A stretch of 63,745 nucleotides of DNA, counting the filler, from Bigelowiella natans CCMP2755 (taxonomy: Eukaryota; Protista; Cercozoa): NCBI GenBank assembly GCA_000320545.1. It is 8 parts of 8 records of this genome, joined end to end, with 100 filler letters (N's around TTAATTAATTAA, not from the genome) between each part and the next. Parts side by side here need not be neighbours in the genome. Positions count along the whole stretch, not along the records: positions 1 to 31,226 come from ADNK01003144.1; 7 more parts are not named here. One strand, given 5' to 3'. Made by a program: the position numbers and the translations under genes. Position 1 is the first letter of the stretch, and the number at the start of each line of letters is the position of its first letter. Under the pieces are notes generated by a model, which was given only the letters and a program-made list of their open reading frames with translations, ran no database searches and was not told where the DNA came from. This document shows, piece by piece, positions 14,595 to 26,379 of the stretch.

Positions 14595-15098
14595 ATGGGT
14601 TATGCTGATTTTGACCGACTCCTCCCGCGCGGTGCATCTGCTCGTTCCTGGAAACGCGCTCACCACCTCGATCGCATATCCGACTGTTTGGTCACACGCA
14701 ACGTTATTGATCGCAAGAATCGGCAAAGGCAGCAAGAAAAGCCTCCTCACGCGAGCCCCTCGGGCAGCACGAATCCTCCCCTGAGTCGGTTATCCTCTCT
14801 CCTATCGCCTCTGGGAGGGTACCGGAGGCAGCCTTACATGGGTGTCTCCGAGAGGGGGGGGAAGGAGGCGCTCAAGTGTCGCACGTGCTCAAAGCCGCAG
14901 TGGAATTACGCGCAGTTTTGCATCTTCTGCGGTGGGGAGTTCCCTTCGTTTCGCGTGCCTTCTCTCCCATTAAAGTAAGTGGCGTTTGGTTGTGTGCTTG
15001 TCCCTTTGCAGTTCCGACACGCTGTTTATGCATGGGATTGGTGGTTTCGTGCAATTGTGGATGGCTTGCAATTTTCACTGCTGATATACAAATATATA

Positions 15099-15137
<39 letters not shown>

Positions 15138-17580
15138 TATATACTATGTATATTACAAATATAAATATTAAATATCATTGAGTCCTGACAACTTTTTTTT
15201 TCGCAGTACTTCCCCCAGCTCGCCCACGCATCATGCCTTTAAAAGCCGTCTTTTCTTCCGAAACAGCAGGAGCAGCGTCAACCACGATGCCAGCAGCAGC
15301 GCTGATTGCCATCAGGCACGTGAGCATTCGCAATCATCACCAACTCCTCGAGCGCCACGAAGGCCACCCCCTCAACGCCCGGTATTGCTCTCGATCGGCA
15401 AATCGGGAGAAGGCAGGGGGCGAGGGGGGGCGGTGGAGACGGGGTTATCTCCGGCGTCGTTGGCCTCCTCGTCTCCATCATCGAGCTCATTGTTCAATTT
15501 TAATGACCGTTCAAAACCGCCTTCACCGCCATCAACCCCATCGTTCTATAGAGATTCCTTGATCATTAACTCTCCGAAGTCTCCCGGTATGCGAGTGGTG
15601 TGCGCGGTGATCGGTGTTTTGTTCTATCGCTTCATTTCTTTCTATTTCACTACTCTCCTTCTCTCTCTCTCGCTCTCGCTCTCTCGCTCTCTTTCTTTCT
15701 CTCTAGCCTTCTCTCGCTCTCTCTCTCTCAACCTCTCCCTCGATTTTTTCCTTCTGCTTACTAACATCGCTTTCGCCGGCGCCCCCCCTCCCCCCCGCTC
15801 AAAACGCAACTTCTTCACTTCTGGTCGCATTTTCGTCTAACTGCCAGCCATATATTCAGTGTGAGACTTGAGCTTGTTTGACACTTGCAATGGCCGATTT
15901 CCACACTCGCCTCTCCCCCATACCCATTGGAAACATTCTTTGTAAATTTCGCTCAAACGTGCATCATAACTCACATTCCCCCTCTCCCTCCCAAAACAGT
16001 GACACTGCCTCTTGCCTCCCCATCCCCGCCGTCGAGAAAGAAGAATCTGGGGGAAATCCACGAGGCTGATGCTACCGCCTCTCCCCCATCCTCCTGCCCA
16101 TATAAACCACACGATACACGTTTCCAACGAAGCGTATCGGAGCCAACTTCTAAGCCGAAACTTCCTGAAAGAAAACGACAAGAAATCGCGCGAGCGGGGC
16201 GCTATACATGGGAGAGGCCAAAAATGGCGCTCCCCAAACCGAAGATGCCGGAGAGAAAGCGTCCTGCATCCGCCAAAGGGTAGCGAGCGCGTGGAGATTA
16301 ACAATTGAGAAATTAACCCCCATCCAAAACAAACATTTAAAAAAAAAATAAAAATCATCGAGCATTACTGGCGTTGGTTTTTGTGGGATGTTCGGTTGTG
16401 TCGCTTATTGTATTGATATGTACAACACGAAGATAAACGTGAATATTGTATATATTCTGCGATGAATATAGCATATGTGAGTATGAAGTATATTTATTCT
16501 TTTTAAGGATGTTTTTTTACGGAATTTCGTCCATGGAGATGTGTGCCGTGCATGGGAGATTACGCTGGCCGCCATTCTTTCTACAATCCTCGACTAAGCG
16601 GATTTGGTTGTTGTTCATAATGAGTTACTTTCCTTTCCTCTTCCGCTTTTCATCAGAATGACCACTCGAGAAGCTAGGAAGCAGCGACATGCCAAAGCCA
16701 ACAACTTTAACACTCCGCCGATAACTCGGCCCCGGCCTTCCTCCTCCTCCTCCTCCTCCCAAGCGTATGCTGCCTCCCCCATCAGCATCGTAGGCGGGCT
16801 GATTGGGTCAGGGCTCAACTACTTGTGGGGGGGGAGCGCGGCGGCCAAACCAAAAGCGAAGAGTGGTGTGACTGCTACATCGCCAACGAAGATGCCTCCC
16901 TCCGCCCCCCCGCCCCCCAGGCCAACCACCGCGAGGACACCGGTAGCTAGCAAGGAGACTACAACGCAGGATAAAGCAAAGAACAAGAGAAAAGCCGTAG
17001 TCCCTTCAAACGTTAAAAGACTCTCATCGCAGAGCAAAGGAGAGGCGCTTGCCAGCAAATCCAAGGCTCCGCGCGCTCGGCCCAAAAACGGCTTTGATGC
17101 CATCAGTCGTATCCCGCCTCGAAAGCAAAAGCACCGTCCATCCCCGAAGGAGGGTTCTATGGACACGAACACTGCCAACGGCGCGTGCGCAACAACTGCG
17201 AGGAAAGTCAAAACCGGGCGTGTCATCAAAAGCGGCGAGCGATTAGCCGCTTGTACTCGTAAAACAACGATTGCAGACGCGAAGAACGCGTCGGAAGGCA
17301 ATCCCTCCCCCTCCCAATCGAGGCTGGAAGCAGGGGGGGGGGCGGGGGGTGGTGGACCGGTGACGGGCACGGAAGTGAAAGGAAATCGTCGGGAAATGAA
17401 AACAACGCTAGAGGCGAAGCAAAGAGCAATTGACGCGTGTTCGTCTCCCTCCCCTCGTGCTGTAAGCAAAGCCACTGCGCATGAGGAGAGTAGGAGAGAG
17501 GGGGTGTGTACGGTGTCGTCATCGGCGAAGAGATTTATAGCATCAACGGTGGTTTTATCAACCCCCATTCACGGACACAT

Positions 17581-17624
<44 letters not shown>

Positions 17625-18848
17625 ATGTATATTATTTTTGGTTTGTACGCTTTTGCTGGTGTGCTGTGGGGTTTCTTAACGTCTCTGCATGCACATATGT
17701 GTATTATTGGAATACGATGCTAAGAGATTAAAGTAAAGTAATGTTGGGTCAGAATGCACATCTATTCAAGCAGTGGGTGCTTTATATTATCGTTCGTTTG
17801 GTTATGAGTTTTTTATTTCTCTTTTTAAGGTGTCTTCTGCGTGAGTTTTGTGTGTTTGTATGCGTGTGTGTGTGTGTGTGCGCGCGCGGGGGGGGGGGGG
17901 GGTGCTAGAATGTGTAGTGCTCTTATTTTTACGATTCCATTCTTCTATTGCTTTATTATCAGTTGTGTTTTTTAATACTTATGCGTTTTTTGCGGTGTTG
18001 GTTTCGGGGTCTTTGACGTTAGAAAAGGGGAATTATATATATATGTTTTTATAGTGTATTATATCCTTATATGCATTTAATATATATATAATATAAATAC
18101 CGTATATTGATGATTGTTTTTTGAATATTTATTGAGGTTTCTCAAGTGCAATTAATGTGTTATTTTTTTTAATGTTTTCCTACAATCATGTTCTTTTACA
18201 ATTACATATCGGATGTTATTTTTTAAGTCTCGTTGTGCATCGATATGAAGAGTTAAGAGAGATATGGGAACATAGCACGAGTGCATATTATATAGATATA
18301 TTTATATTGTGTAATATATATGTATATATACATATTTATATATATCTATATCATCCATTTTATTGTATTTGTCAATATGAATTCTTACATATTCCAACAG
18401 GCAAAAGTCCCTCAAATCAACATAGAAAAGGCCAACAAGATTAACGCCGAGTAAGCTCTCATCCCCAGCACGATAACTCGTCATTACTCATGTGCATTGA
18501 CTGTGCCTTCAAATGCCAGAGGCTATACTAATACCGTTCGTTCAATATGGTTTACAATGCTTTCTCACAACGCCCAAATTGATGTTTTTGAGCATAGCCG
18601 AGTGTTGATTTCGCACAGTTTCTTTCACCAGCTCTTTGTCGTCTGATTCATATACCGAGCCTATTAGTTTCTCTTCTCATTTTTGCTTTCTGCGTCCACC
18701 CCTCTTGTCGGTGTTTGCTTGCTGCATTGATGAAGGAGAAGCATTCGGAAAGCAAACTCGATGCCGATTGGAAGTGAGTGTTACGTTCTCGTGAAATCCT
18801 GCATAATTTACCGCAAATTCTCGAAGATAAAAAACAACATAATATATA

Positions 18849-18883
<35 letters not shown>

Positions 18884-19316
18884 TATATTCAACCTCACTC
18901 TCCTCTCTCTTTATCAAACATTCATTTCTCCCTTGCTATTTCCCAATGCTCCTTTGCATCGCAAACCCTTTGCTTTACTCTGAAACAAGCCCCTATCCGC
19001 ATCAGCTGCAACCGTTCCCAATGCTAACTGCTGTTTTGCCCGTCGTCAGCGAGATTGCATCGAGACGATTTGATGAAGATGACGAAGGTTGAGCTGGTAG
19101 ACGCGCTGTTGGAACGGTAGTTTCCTTCTCAGTTATCACGCCTCGCACTGATCTGCAGTGTTTTTTCAAATGGCCAATTTGGTGTGATTTAGTGCGCTGC
19201 AGCGCCATGTTTTGCGGAGTGGTGAAATGTGCTCCTTCTCGAGTTCCTTGCAGCTTCGATTTCGTTGTGTTCCGAGACTGTCAAATGCTGTCAAGTCGGA
19301 TATTTCTCTTTATCTT

Positions 19317-19359
<43 letters not shown>

Positions 19360-19363
19360 TTAT

Positions 19364-19404
<41 letters not shown>

Positions 19405-20190
19405 GCTACAAATCCCTCCATTCTCCCCTTTTGCGCTCTCCCCCCCCCCCCCCACATTCCCTCCCTTTACTCAGCGATGCTGCATTGCGGGCATTGAAGG
19501 AGAAGCAGCAGGGAAATAGCGCCGCTCCGCACTCGAGAGGTTCCCCCAAGAAAACACCGGTAGCCCTTAGATGTGACGTCGACTAGTGATACAACTAGAT
19601 TCCCTGCCTCTGGGGAATGAATGAGCGGTCATTTACCATGGTCTTCTTTTGGGGAGGGGATGCATAGAGAGTCCTGTTGTTATTGTTAAGGGTAGCAATG
19701 GCCGGTTTGGATTGATGTTGTGCTGCATTGCAGCGCGTATAGTTGAAGGAGATCGATATAAATGAATTGATCTATGCGTTCTATGAAAATCTGCAAATAT
19801 CAGGCAAGTAGTAGACTTCACGCAACAGCTAAATCGTTTTCTTCAAGGCAATTAGATGACACATTGCACATCAAACAGCACGCACTCTGAAACACGCACA
19901 AATACACAGAGTAACACACACACACACACACACACGTACAAAAAACCCATACACACGCTAACAAAATTACATGAAACGGCGTCGAGGCTGACAGCTAGAA
20001 AGACTTCTCACACATGCTTAACAACGCAAACAGACCCGAGTTTTCGGACCTTCACAACAAACACCGAAATCATCCTGACATTGCAATCTTTCTCTTGAAG
20101 ATGTGGGTATAAGTATCCTTCACCTCATATGCAGAACTTCCCCTTCCTCCGCAAGGAAATCAACGAAGACAGCAAGGTAGTAATTGATAC

Positions 20191-20235
<45 letters not shown>

Positions 20236-20274
20236 AATACATATATTATATTAGTTTACATATTTATGTGTGTA

Positions 20275-20317
<43 letters not shown>

Positions 20318-20329
20318 CTGATATATATT

Positions 20330-20366
<37 letters not shown>

Positions 20367-20963
20367 CAAAGAAGTACACGGAATTTGGTCCGAAAATTGA
20401 AGGAATTTCTCAGGACATCTCAGCCTCGAAATGCACTTGTGATTCTTCACATGTCGTTACTGTTTTGAAATGAAGCTCACTCTTTCCCCCCTCTCCCACC
20501 GCGCGCGCGCGTGCGTGAAGGAAAAGTACAGGAAGCGCCTCGGCGAGCGCATCGGCTGCTGGCAAACCAGGCCGTCCGCATTCGTCAATTCCCCACCAAC
20601 GAAAATCACGTATGATGTTTCCTCCACGCATCCTTGCTCATTTAGACCAAATGAGAGAAGAAGATTGGTCTCTGATTTTCAATTTTATACGATGCCGTAA
20701 CCCGCTTGTTGATTCTAGAAGCAAGGGAGAAGGCGGAGGGGGGGGGGGGGCTGTAGGTTGTGCTGGTAATAGCAAAGAAATTATGTATTTTTTCCTCATC
20801 TTCAATAACGCGATTAGGAGGCATTCATCGACTAGTCGCATCACGAAAGAACTCTGCTGCAGAAGGTGTCCAAATCGATGCATTGCGTGAGGACTCAAAA
20901 AAGAGAGGAGGGAGAGATTTCCTTCTTCTCACCGAAGCTGCCATATATATACATATGTGTGTG

Positions 20964-21003
<40 letters not shown>

Positions 21004-21210
21004 CAATACACATTCTTTATCTCTATAACAGCGGTGGAGAGCAAAAGCCGCGAGGCGCGAACGAAGAGCGTTGGGTCTGCTCGCAAATCGCCAAGAACGC
21101 ACACTCAGCCACCTGCTCACACGAGCGCTAAGACGCCCATTATGGCCAAATCGACGAGGCGAAAAGCTATAGACTCGAGGGTTACGTGTGCAAACATAAA
21201 CGTCTATATA

Positions 21211-21245
<35 letters not shown>

Positions 21246-22394
21246 ATTCGTTATTATTATCTATAAAGTGTGTACTGATTGACAGCGCTTCGGCATATAC
21301 ATATTTCATATCATATGTACTTTAGAAAAAGGTTATATAAACTGCGCATGATACTTTTGTACATTGGTACATGCAAGTACAAGAGAGCCTTATCTTCAAT
21401 ACTTGCAGGCTGGCAAGGCTTTGAAGAAGAAAACCGACTATCTCAATACCATCAAAATCGGTGCAAACAACGCAACCAATTTCCATGTTTTGAGAGATGT
21501 GATGGCTTTTAAAAACCGAGAGGAAACGATATGCTAGACGTATAAAAGCCCTATCACACACGTGGTTATCCATCGCATCATTAGGCTGTCCTGTGGAGTA
21601 CGATGGCCAGAAGGGGACGGCGAAGTAAGTGTTTTTCAAGTTTTAACGAGTCGGATTAGTCCAGGCGCTTTTCTTCAGGGGATATATGTTAAGATTATAT
21701 GCATGTGACAATGACTTTATGTGTGTATATTTATATATATTATATATATTTATAATATATGTGCTCGCCTCTCCGTGCGTTTTATGCGCACATTTTTCTT
21801 TTGGATGAAAACTCTTTGTGCTTCTAAGTGGGGCCAACGCGAAATGCCAGCATCTTATGCGTATGGATGCCGTCGCTGGATTGTCGTGTGTAGGTCCAAA
21901 TCTAAATGCGAAAATCTTTGTTTTTCTTGCTTTCTAACGTGTGTCAGATTCGTCGGATTAGTGCATTTTCGAGCTGGCATTTGGGTGAGATACGAATGAC
22001 ATTGTAGCGGTAGCAAAACACGCGACGATTTTCCGCATATTAGTGGTGAGAGTGGTTGTTTTTTTTACCCGACGTATAAGGTTGGTATCCAGCTCAGCTC
22101 GAAAACCGGCAAACACAATGGCACGGTAAGACTTGGTCTTTCTGCGATGAAGAAGATGTCTACATGCGTGGCGGGGTTGTGAGGCCATTTGAGAGACTAG
22201 TGATGCGTGTGCAATTCCAACGCCGTTTCTCCGCCTAGAGAAAAGCCAGCGGATGGACGCAATATTTCTTGTTTCATTGAGAGTAACATCGTCGCGTATT
22301 CAAGGTGAAAGGCAAAAGATACTTTCATTGCAAGCCTGGATTCGGCCTTCTTGTCCCTGCTGCTAAAGTCGTCACGAAGGGAGGATTTTCTTGA
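14595..22394 (+). CDS. Zinc-ribbon / long Pro-Ser-rich / C-terminal CAP-Gly domain protein, multi-exon
   Basis: CRTCSKPQWNYAQFCIFCG zinc ribbon (~14876-14932). An in-phase exon chain runs through 15207, 15999, 16656, 18401... The terminal exons splice to IKIGCPVEYDGQKGTAKFVGLVHFRAGIWVGIQLSSKTGKHNGTVKGKRYFHCKPGFGLLVP (CAP-Gly, GKNDG-type motif). Stop TGA 22392-22394. Start could be ATG 14595 or fusion to the upstream RhoGEF. Confidence 0.75.
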
Positions 22395-22411
22395 GCAAGT
22401 ATTCAGTCACC

Positions 22412-22494
22412 TAGTCACAGCAATGCGATAATGATTGACAGTGTAATATGATACATTTTTCGTACATGCATTGTATATTGTGTTACTGTGACTA
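22412..22494. repeat. Small inverted repeat (MITE-like)
   Basis: tagtcacagcaatgcgata (22412-) versus the reverse complement of ...tattgtgttactgtgacta (-22494) = tagtcacagtaacacaata. Confidence 0.5.
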
Positions 22495-22893
22495 TCATGA
22501 TTCATTCATTATCGATAAATTTCCAACGCGATTTAGCCGTTTTGTGTCATAGCATGGCAGTGTAAGCAATGGTTTTGTGCCATTTAACTCGGTCGCTGCA
22601 GTAACGTCTAGATGACTGACTAGACGTGCACACACATGCATGCATGCATGCACATGGGTGCTGATGTTCACTTGAGGCTGGTGCCACCATGCTTCGGTCT
22701 TTTGCAGTGCGAAAATTGCAAGCTCACCTAGTCACGTCTAGCTAGCGAGTTGGATGTGCGCAATGTGCAATGACATTGTCGTCCATGCCAGAGTGCAGGA
22801 ACCAAGCTAGCAAGTGTAGGCGCACTTCAAATTGGTTTGCAGGTAGCACAAGAAGTTGTTTTGCATTTGTGTGAGGCTCTGCTGCGTGCAAAT

Positions 22894-22990
22894 GCCTGTC
22901 TCCCATGTGGTTCTGGCGCATGTAGTTTTGATCAACGCTTTCTTCATTGTTCATTGTTCATTGTTCATTGTTCATTGTTCATTGTTCATT
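22894..22990 (+). repeat. Dispersed repeat with (TTCATTG)n tail; inverted partner at 25665-25736
   Basis: gcctgtctcccatgtggttctggcgcatgtagttttgatcaacg followed by a heptamer tail; resembles a non-LTR element 3' end. Confidence 0.65.
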
Positions 22991-23218
22991 TGTAGTCGCA
23001 GACATCAATCCGCGCTAGCTGCTAACTTGCATTTTGATGTTGCTGCACTTCCAAAATGCAAGAAGACGTTTGCGGTGTACGAAACGCAGTGCCTCGAACC
23101 AACTTCAGTGAGGTCTAACTAGTGAAACCAGAAGGAATCAAGGATGGCACTCTGGCCATCGAGGAGCGCAGGACTACTGCAGGAGACTTCGAACAAACTA
23201 CGGTTCTCGAGTTCTCCC

Positions 23219-23314
23219 TGGTGCGACAAGACAAGACCGGGGGTTTACCATGGTGCGACAAGACAAGACCGGGGGTTTACCATGGTGCGACAAGACAAAA
23301 CCGGGGGTTTACCA
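23219..23314. repeat. 32-bp tandem repeat x3
   Basis: tggtgcgacaagacaagaccgggggtttacca repeated head-to-tail, one mismatch in copy 3, no spacers. Confidence 0.95.
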
Positions 23315-23699
23315 GAGATTTACTTCACAACCGGCATTGACTGTGACTGCCGTCAATACGACAACGCAGCGGTAACGGCGGGCTCGGGTCCCAGGAGGCA
23401 CAGAAGGGCATCCCCCTTCCTCGCACATTGTTCTTGGCCGCAGAACTCAAAATGAAGAACAATGTTACCAGCGCAGCAAGTGCTATGACGAAAACTGAAC
23501 AGAGTGGCGACCAGACGAAGGAGCCTTCGCTCAGTGGAAAGAGCAGCAGAAGCAACACTCCCGGTGAGGGACATGACCGGAGGCATGACGACGATGCAGC
23601 TCAAAGGGAGGGGGGAAAGGTGGAAAAGAATCTAAGGATGGCAATACTGAAGATGGTAATAGAAACAACGAATTTGGACCGGTAGAGTCCTTTGACAAG

Positions 23700-24824
23700 A
23701 TGGAGCTTAAGATAAACATCCTGAGAGGGGTACATTCCTGTGGTTTCGAGAAGCCGACACCGATTCAGCAGCGAGCCATAATGCCTATTGTTGCCGGGCG
23801 CGATGTCATAGCACGGGTAAGTTGTGGTTCGGGTACAACAGCGGCGTTTGTCATCGCCGCCTTGGAGAAGATAGACACAAAGATCCGAGAGACGCAAGTC
23901 ATCTTCCTTAACCCCACATCGCAGCTAGCACGTTCGTCCCATGCAGCGACGACGTCCCTAAAAGATTACACAAAGATTACGACTCACCTTTGCGTTGGGA
24001 AAAACAGGTTCTTGGACGATAAGGACGCATTCCGCAAGGGCGTCCAAATAGCGTTTGGTACCCCAGAGAGAGTCTTCTACTTGATGCGCGAAGGAGTCCT
24101 ACGAACCGACAACGTGAAGACGATCTTCATAGATAACGCGTCCACGATGCAGCTTTCAGGTGGTTGTAGGGAGATTTACGATATATTCGAGTTACTCAGG
24201 AAGGACGTTCAAGTTGCCCTTCTGTCGGATTGTATACCTATGCCTATGGAAGTTGTCGAGCTCACTGAGAAGTTTATGAGGGACCCCGAAATAATCTCGA
24301 TACGCCCGAGAATCCCCGTGTGTTTGATGGGCCAAACGCAATTCTACGTAGCTTTGGATCAGGATAAGGACAAGCTCCCGACGTTGATGGACGTGCTCGA
24401 CCAGTCCAATGCCAAGCGAATCATCATCTATGCCAATACCAGGCAAACGGTGCAGTGGCTAGAGGACGAGCTCCGGCAATCTGTTTGCGTAAGCGCAATC
24501 CATTCTGATCTCAAAGTTCAAGAGAGGATTGATGTTGTAACAGCCTTCCGAAATGGAAAATCTCGAGTGCTGATTTCGACGACGGATGACCAATTCCAAG
24601 GGTGTTACTTTCAGACTCTTGTAACTCTAGTGGTCAATTACGATCTTCCTGGAGTCAAAGAGGACTACCTCCATCGAATTGGTCGAACAGGAAGACACTG
24701 GACACGCTGTGTTACGATGAACCTAGTCACCAATCGTGACATGAGTACTCTGAGGGAGCTGGAGCGATTCTACAAAACTGAAATCAAAGAAGCGCCTTGT
24801 AATATTCACGAATACATGTCTTGA
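23700..24824 (+). CDS. eIF4A-like DEAD-box protein with degenerate catalytic motifs (intronless; N-terminus probably from ATG 23452 across a -1 frameshift)
   Basis: Collinear with eIF4A: (VESFDK)MEL..ILRGVHSCGFEKPTPIQQRAIMPI, GTPERV, LTEKFMRDP, QFYV, LVVNYDLP..EDYLHRIGRTGR, ELERFYKTEIKEAP. Motif I reads GSGTT, II DNAS, III SDC, V DQFQGCYF. Confidence 0.85.
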   Translation: MELKINILRGVHSCGFEKPTPIQQRAIMPIVAGRDVIARVSCGSGTTAAFVIAALEKIDTKIRETQVIFLNPTSQLARSSHAATTSLKDYTKITTHLCVGKNRFLDDKDAFRKGVQIAFGTPERVFYLMREGVLRTDNVKTIFIDNASTMQLSGGCREIYDIFELLRKDVQVALLSDCIPMPMEVVELTEKFMRDPEIISIRPRIPVCLMGQTQFYVALDQDKDKLPTLMDVLDQSNAKRIIIYANTRQTVQWLEDELRQSVCVSAIHSDLKVQERIDVVTAFRNGKSRVLISTTDDQFQGCYFQTLVTLVVNYDLPGVKEDYLHRIGRTGRHWTRCVTMNLVTNRDMSTLRELERFYKTEIKEAPCNIHEYMS

Positions 24825-25252
24825 TTTTTCTACAAAATGATCACTAAATGAAACGACTTGGAAAATGATGTAAAAGAGGATGTGATCTCCTACGGCCATT
24901 GAATGTTAACTTAACGCTTTATTACATGAAAGCCTTTTTAGCCCTGAATCAATCGATCGATGTACGCATGAACAACAAACCCAAACAATAATATTGTAGA
25001 TCAAGGTATCACACAACAACCACAGCAATGGAATCAGCAGTGCAAAGCAATTCAGCCACCCGCTACTTCAAATACACAGCAGCATGCATCACTGCCGTGC
25101 GTGTGTGCACATTGAAACATGTTTGTCGCCCTCAAAGTGCGCGGAACGCCGCATATATATCATGATCGTGATCAGGCATAGACGTGCAAACTTGTTCGAT
25201 TATTCACAAACAAATTTGCTGACAGCTATGTGCTGTTATTATAGCTACTACA

Positions 25253-25379
25253 GTATAGCCTTCGACGTACCGCGCTATACATTTATTAGGATGACCATTG
25301 AGCAAAAGTAATAATCAATTCATTACATCCGTCTTATATGTACCATATTGCATATGTCTATTGTACGACACAATAACAT

Positions 25380-25414
<35 letters not shown>

Positions 25415-25518
25415 CTATTGACATGATGGCATATAATAGCGCATATAATCCATATATGATCTATATACGAGACGGATGTAATTAATGAAGTGGTTAAAGC
25501 TCTTTTCAATGGTCATCC
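25253..25518. repeat. Two inverted copies of a ~90-bp dispersed element around an (AT)n tract
   Basis: Minus-strand copy 25253-25340 and partial plus-strand copy 25466-25518 of (G/A)AGACGGATGTAAT(TAAT)GAA-spacer-TCAATGGTCATCC. Same family at 32348 and 37060. Confidence 0.7.
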
Positions 25519-25664
25519 AGCTAAGCTTGAATGTTTCAAAGCAAGCGATGTGATTGCTTATTTTGACTGATGAAGCCCTTTTATGCTCCAGAATGGTTGA
25601 GATGCTTCATTCTTGATCAAATGTGCATGTTTTGTCACAGTGAACAACGTTATTACTTTTCTAG

Positions 25665-25736
25665 TGAATAATGAAAAATGAATAATGAATAAAACATTGA
25701 TCAAATTTACATGCGCCAGAACTACATGGGACAGGC
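25665..25736 (-). repeat. Dispersed repeat with (TTCATTA)n tail; inverted partner of 22894-22990
   Basis: Reverse complement reads gcctgtcccatgtagttctggcgcatgtaaatttgatcaatgttttattcattattcatttttcattattca. Confidence 0.65.
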
Positions 25737-26379
25737 CACCCACCACCCACCACCTCCTCTGTCTGTCGCGACATGGAAATCAAGGAGTATCCCACCATCC
25801 ATATATTTCGAAACGCCCGAAAGGTAGTAGCAATTGGATAGGCGCGTCTACATAGGCACACGGTCCACAGTATACAACGTGCACATTCGATAGTGGCATG
25901 AGCACATGCTCAGGACTGCATGGAAGATGAACGAAGATTTTTCCCCTTCGAAATGGCGATGATGACGATGATGATTGCAACGTAGACGACCGTTCAAAAC
26001 TGTCAGCATTGTTTCCGTGAAAGTTTTCTTGGCACCTGATTTGGACGCATGATTTCAGGTGGAGGAAGTAAAAGGAATTGACCTGAAAAGGTGCATTGAG
26101 TTGTAGAAAAGAAAACTAGATGGGACTCTCGCATCAGCAATAGTCGCAGAATCCATCATGGGAATGATGACAACAGTGGCGTGATAGTACTATTTGCCCC
26201 CCTTCCCCCTGCAAAAGAATCATAAACAGTCTCCATATTCATATGAAGAACTAAATGCTCTGGACATTATCGAGGAGCTCACAGGTCTTTGGATAGTGAA
26301 TTTCGAAAAGCTACCACTAAAAAGTGTGGGAATTTAATAATGAAATATGTGTAATCAACCATGCTGACACTGGTAGATG

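Noticed and set aside
16819-17568. 249-aa antisense ORF (likewise 38266-38730 and 56175-56792)
   Set aside because: Shadow ORFs opposite well-supported coding exons, with no independent motifs.
19796-19812. GC-AG intron at ag|gcaagt
   Set aside because: The GT four bases downstream keeps the following exons in frame (SGKTSLPPQ...DQMREEDW), so no non-canonical donor is needed.
23219-23314. CRISPR array
   Set aside because: Units are contiguous with no spacers, there are no cas genes, and the context is eukaryotic.
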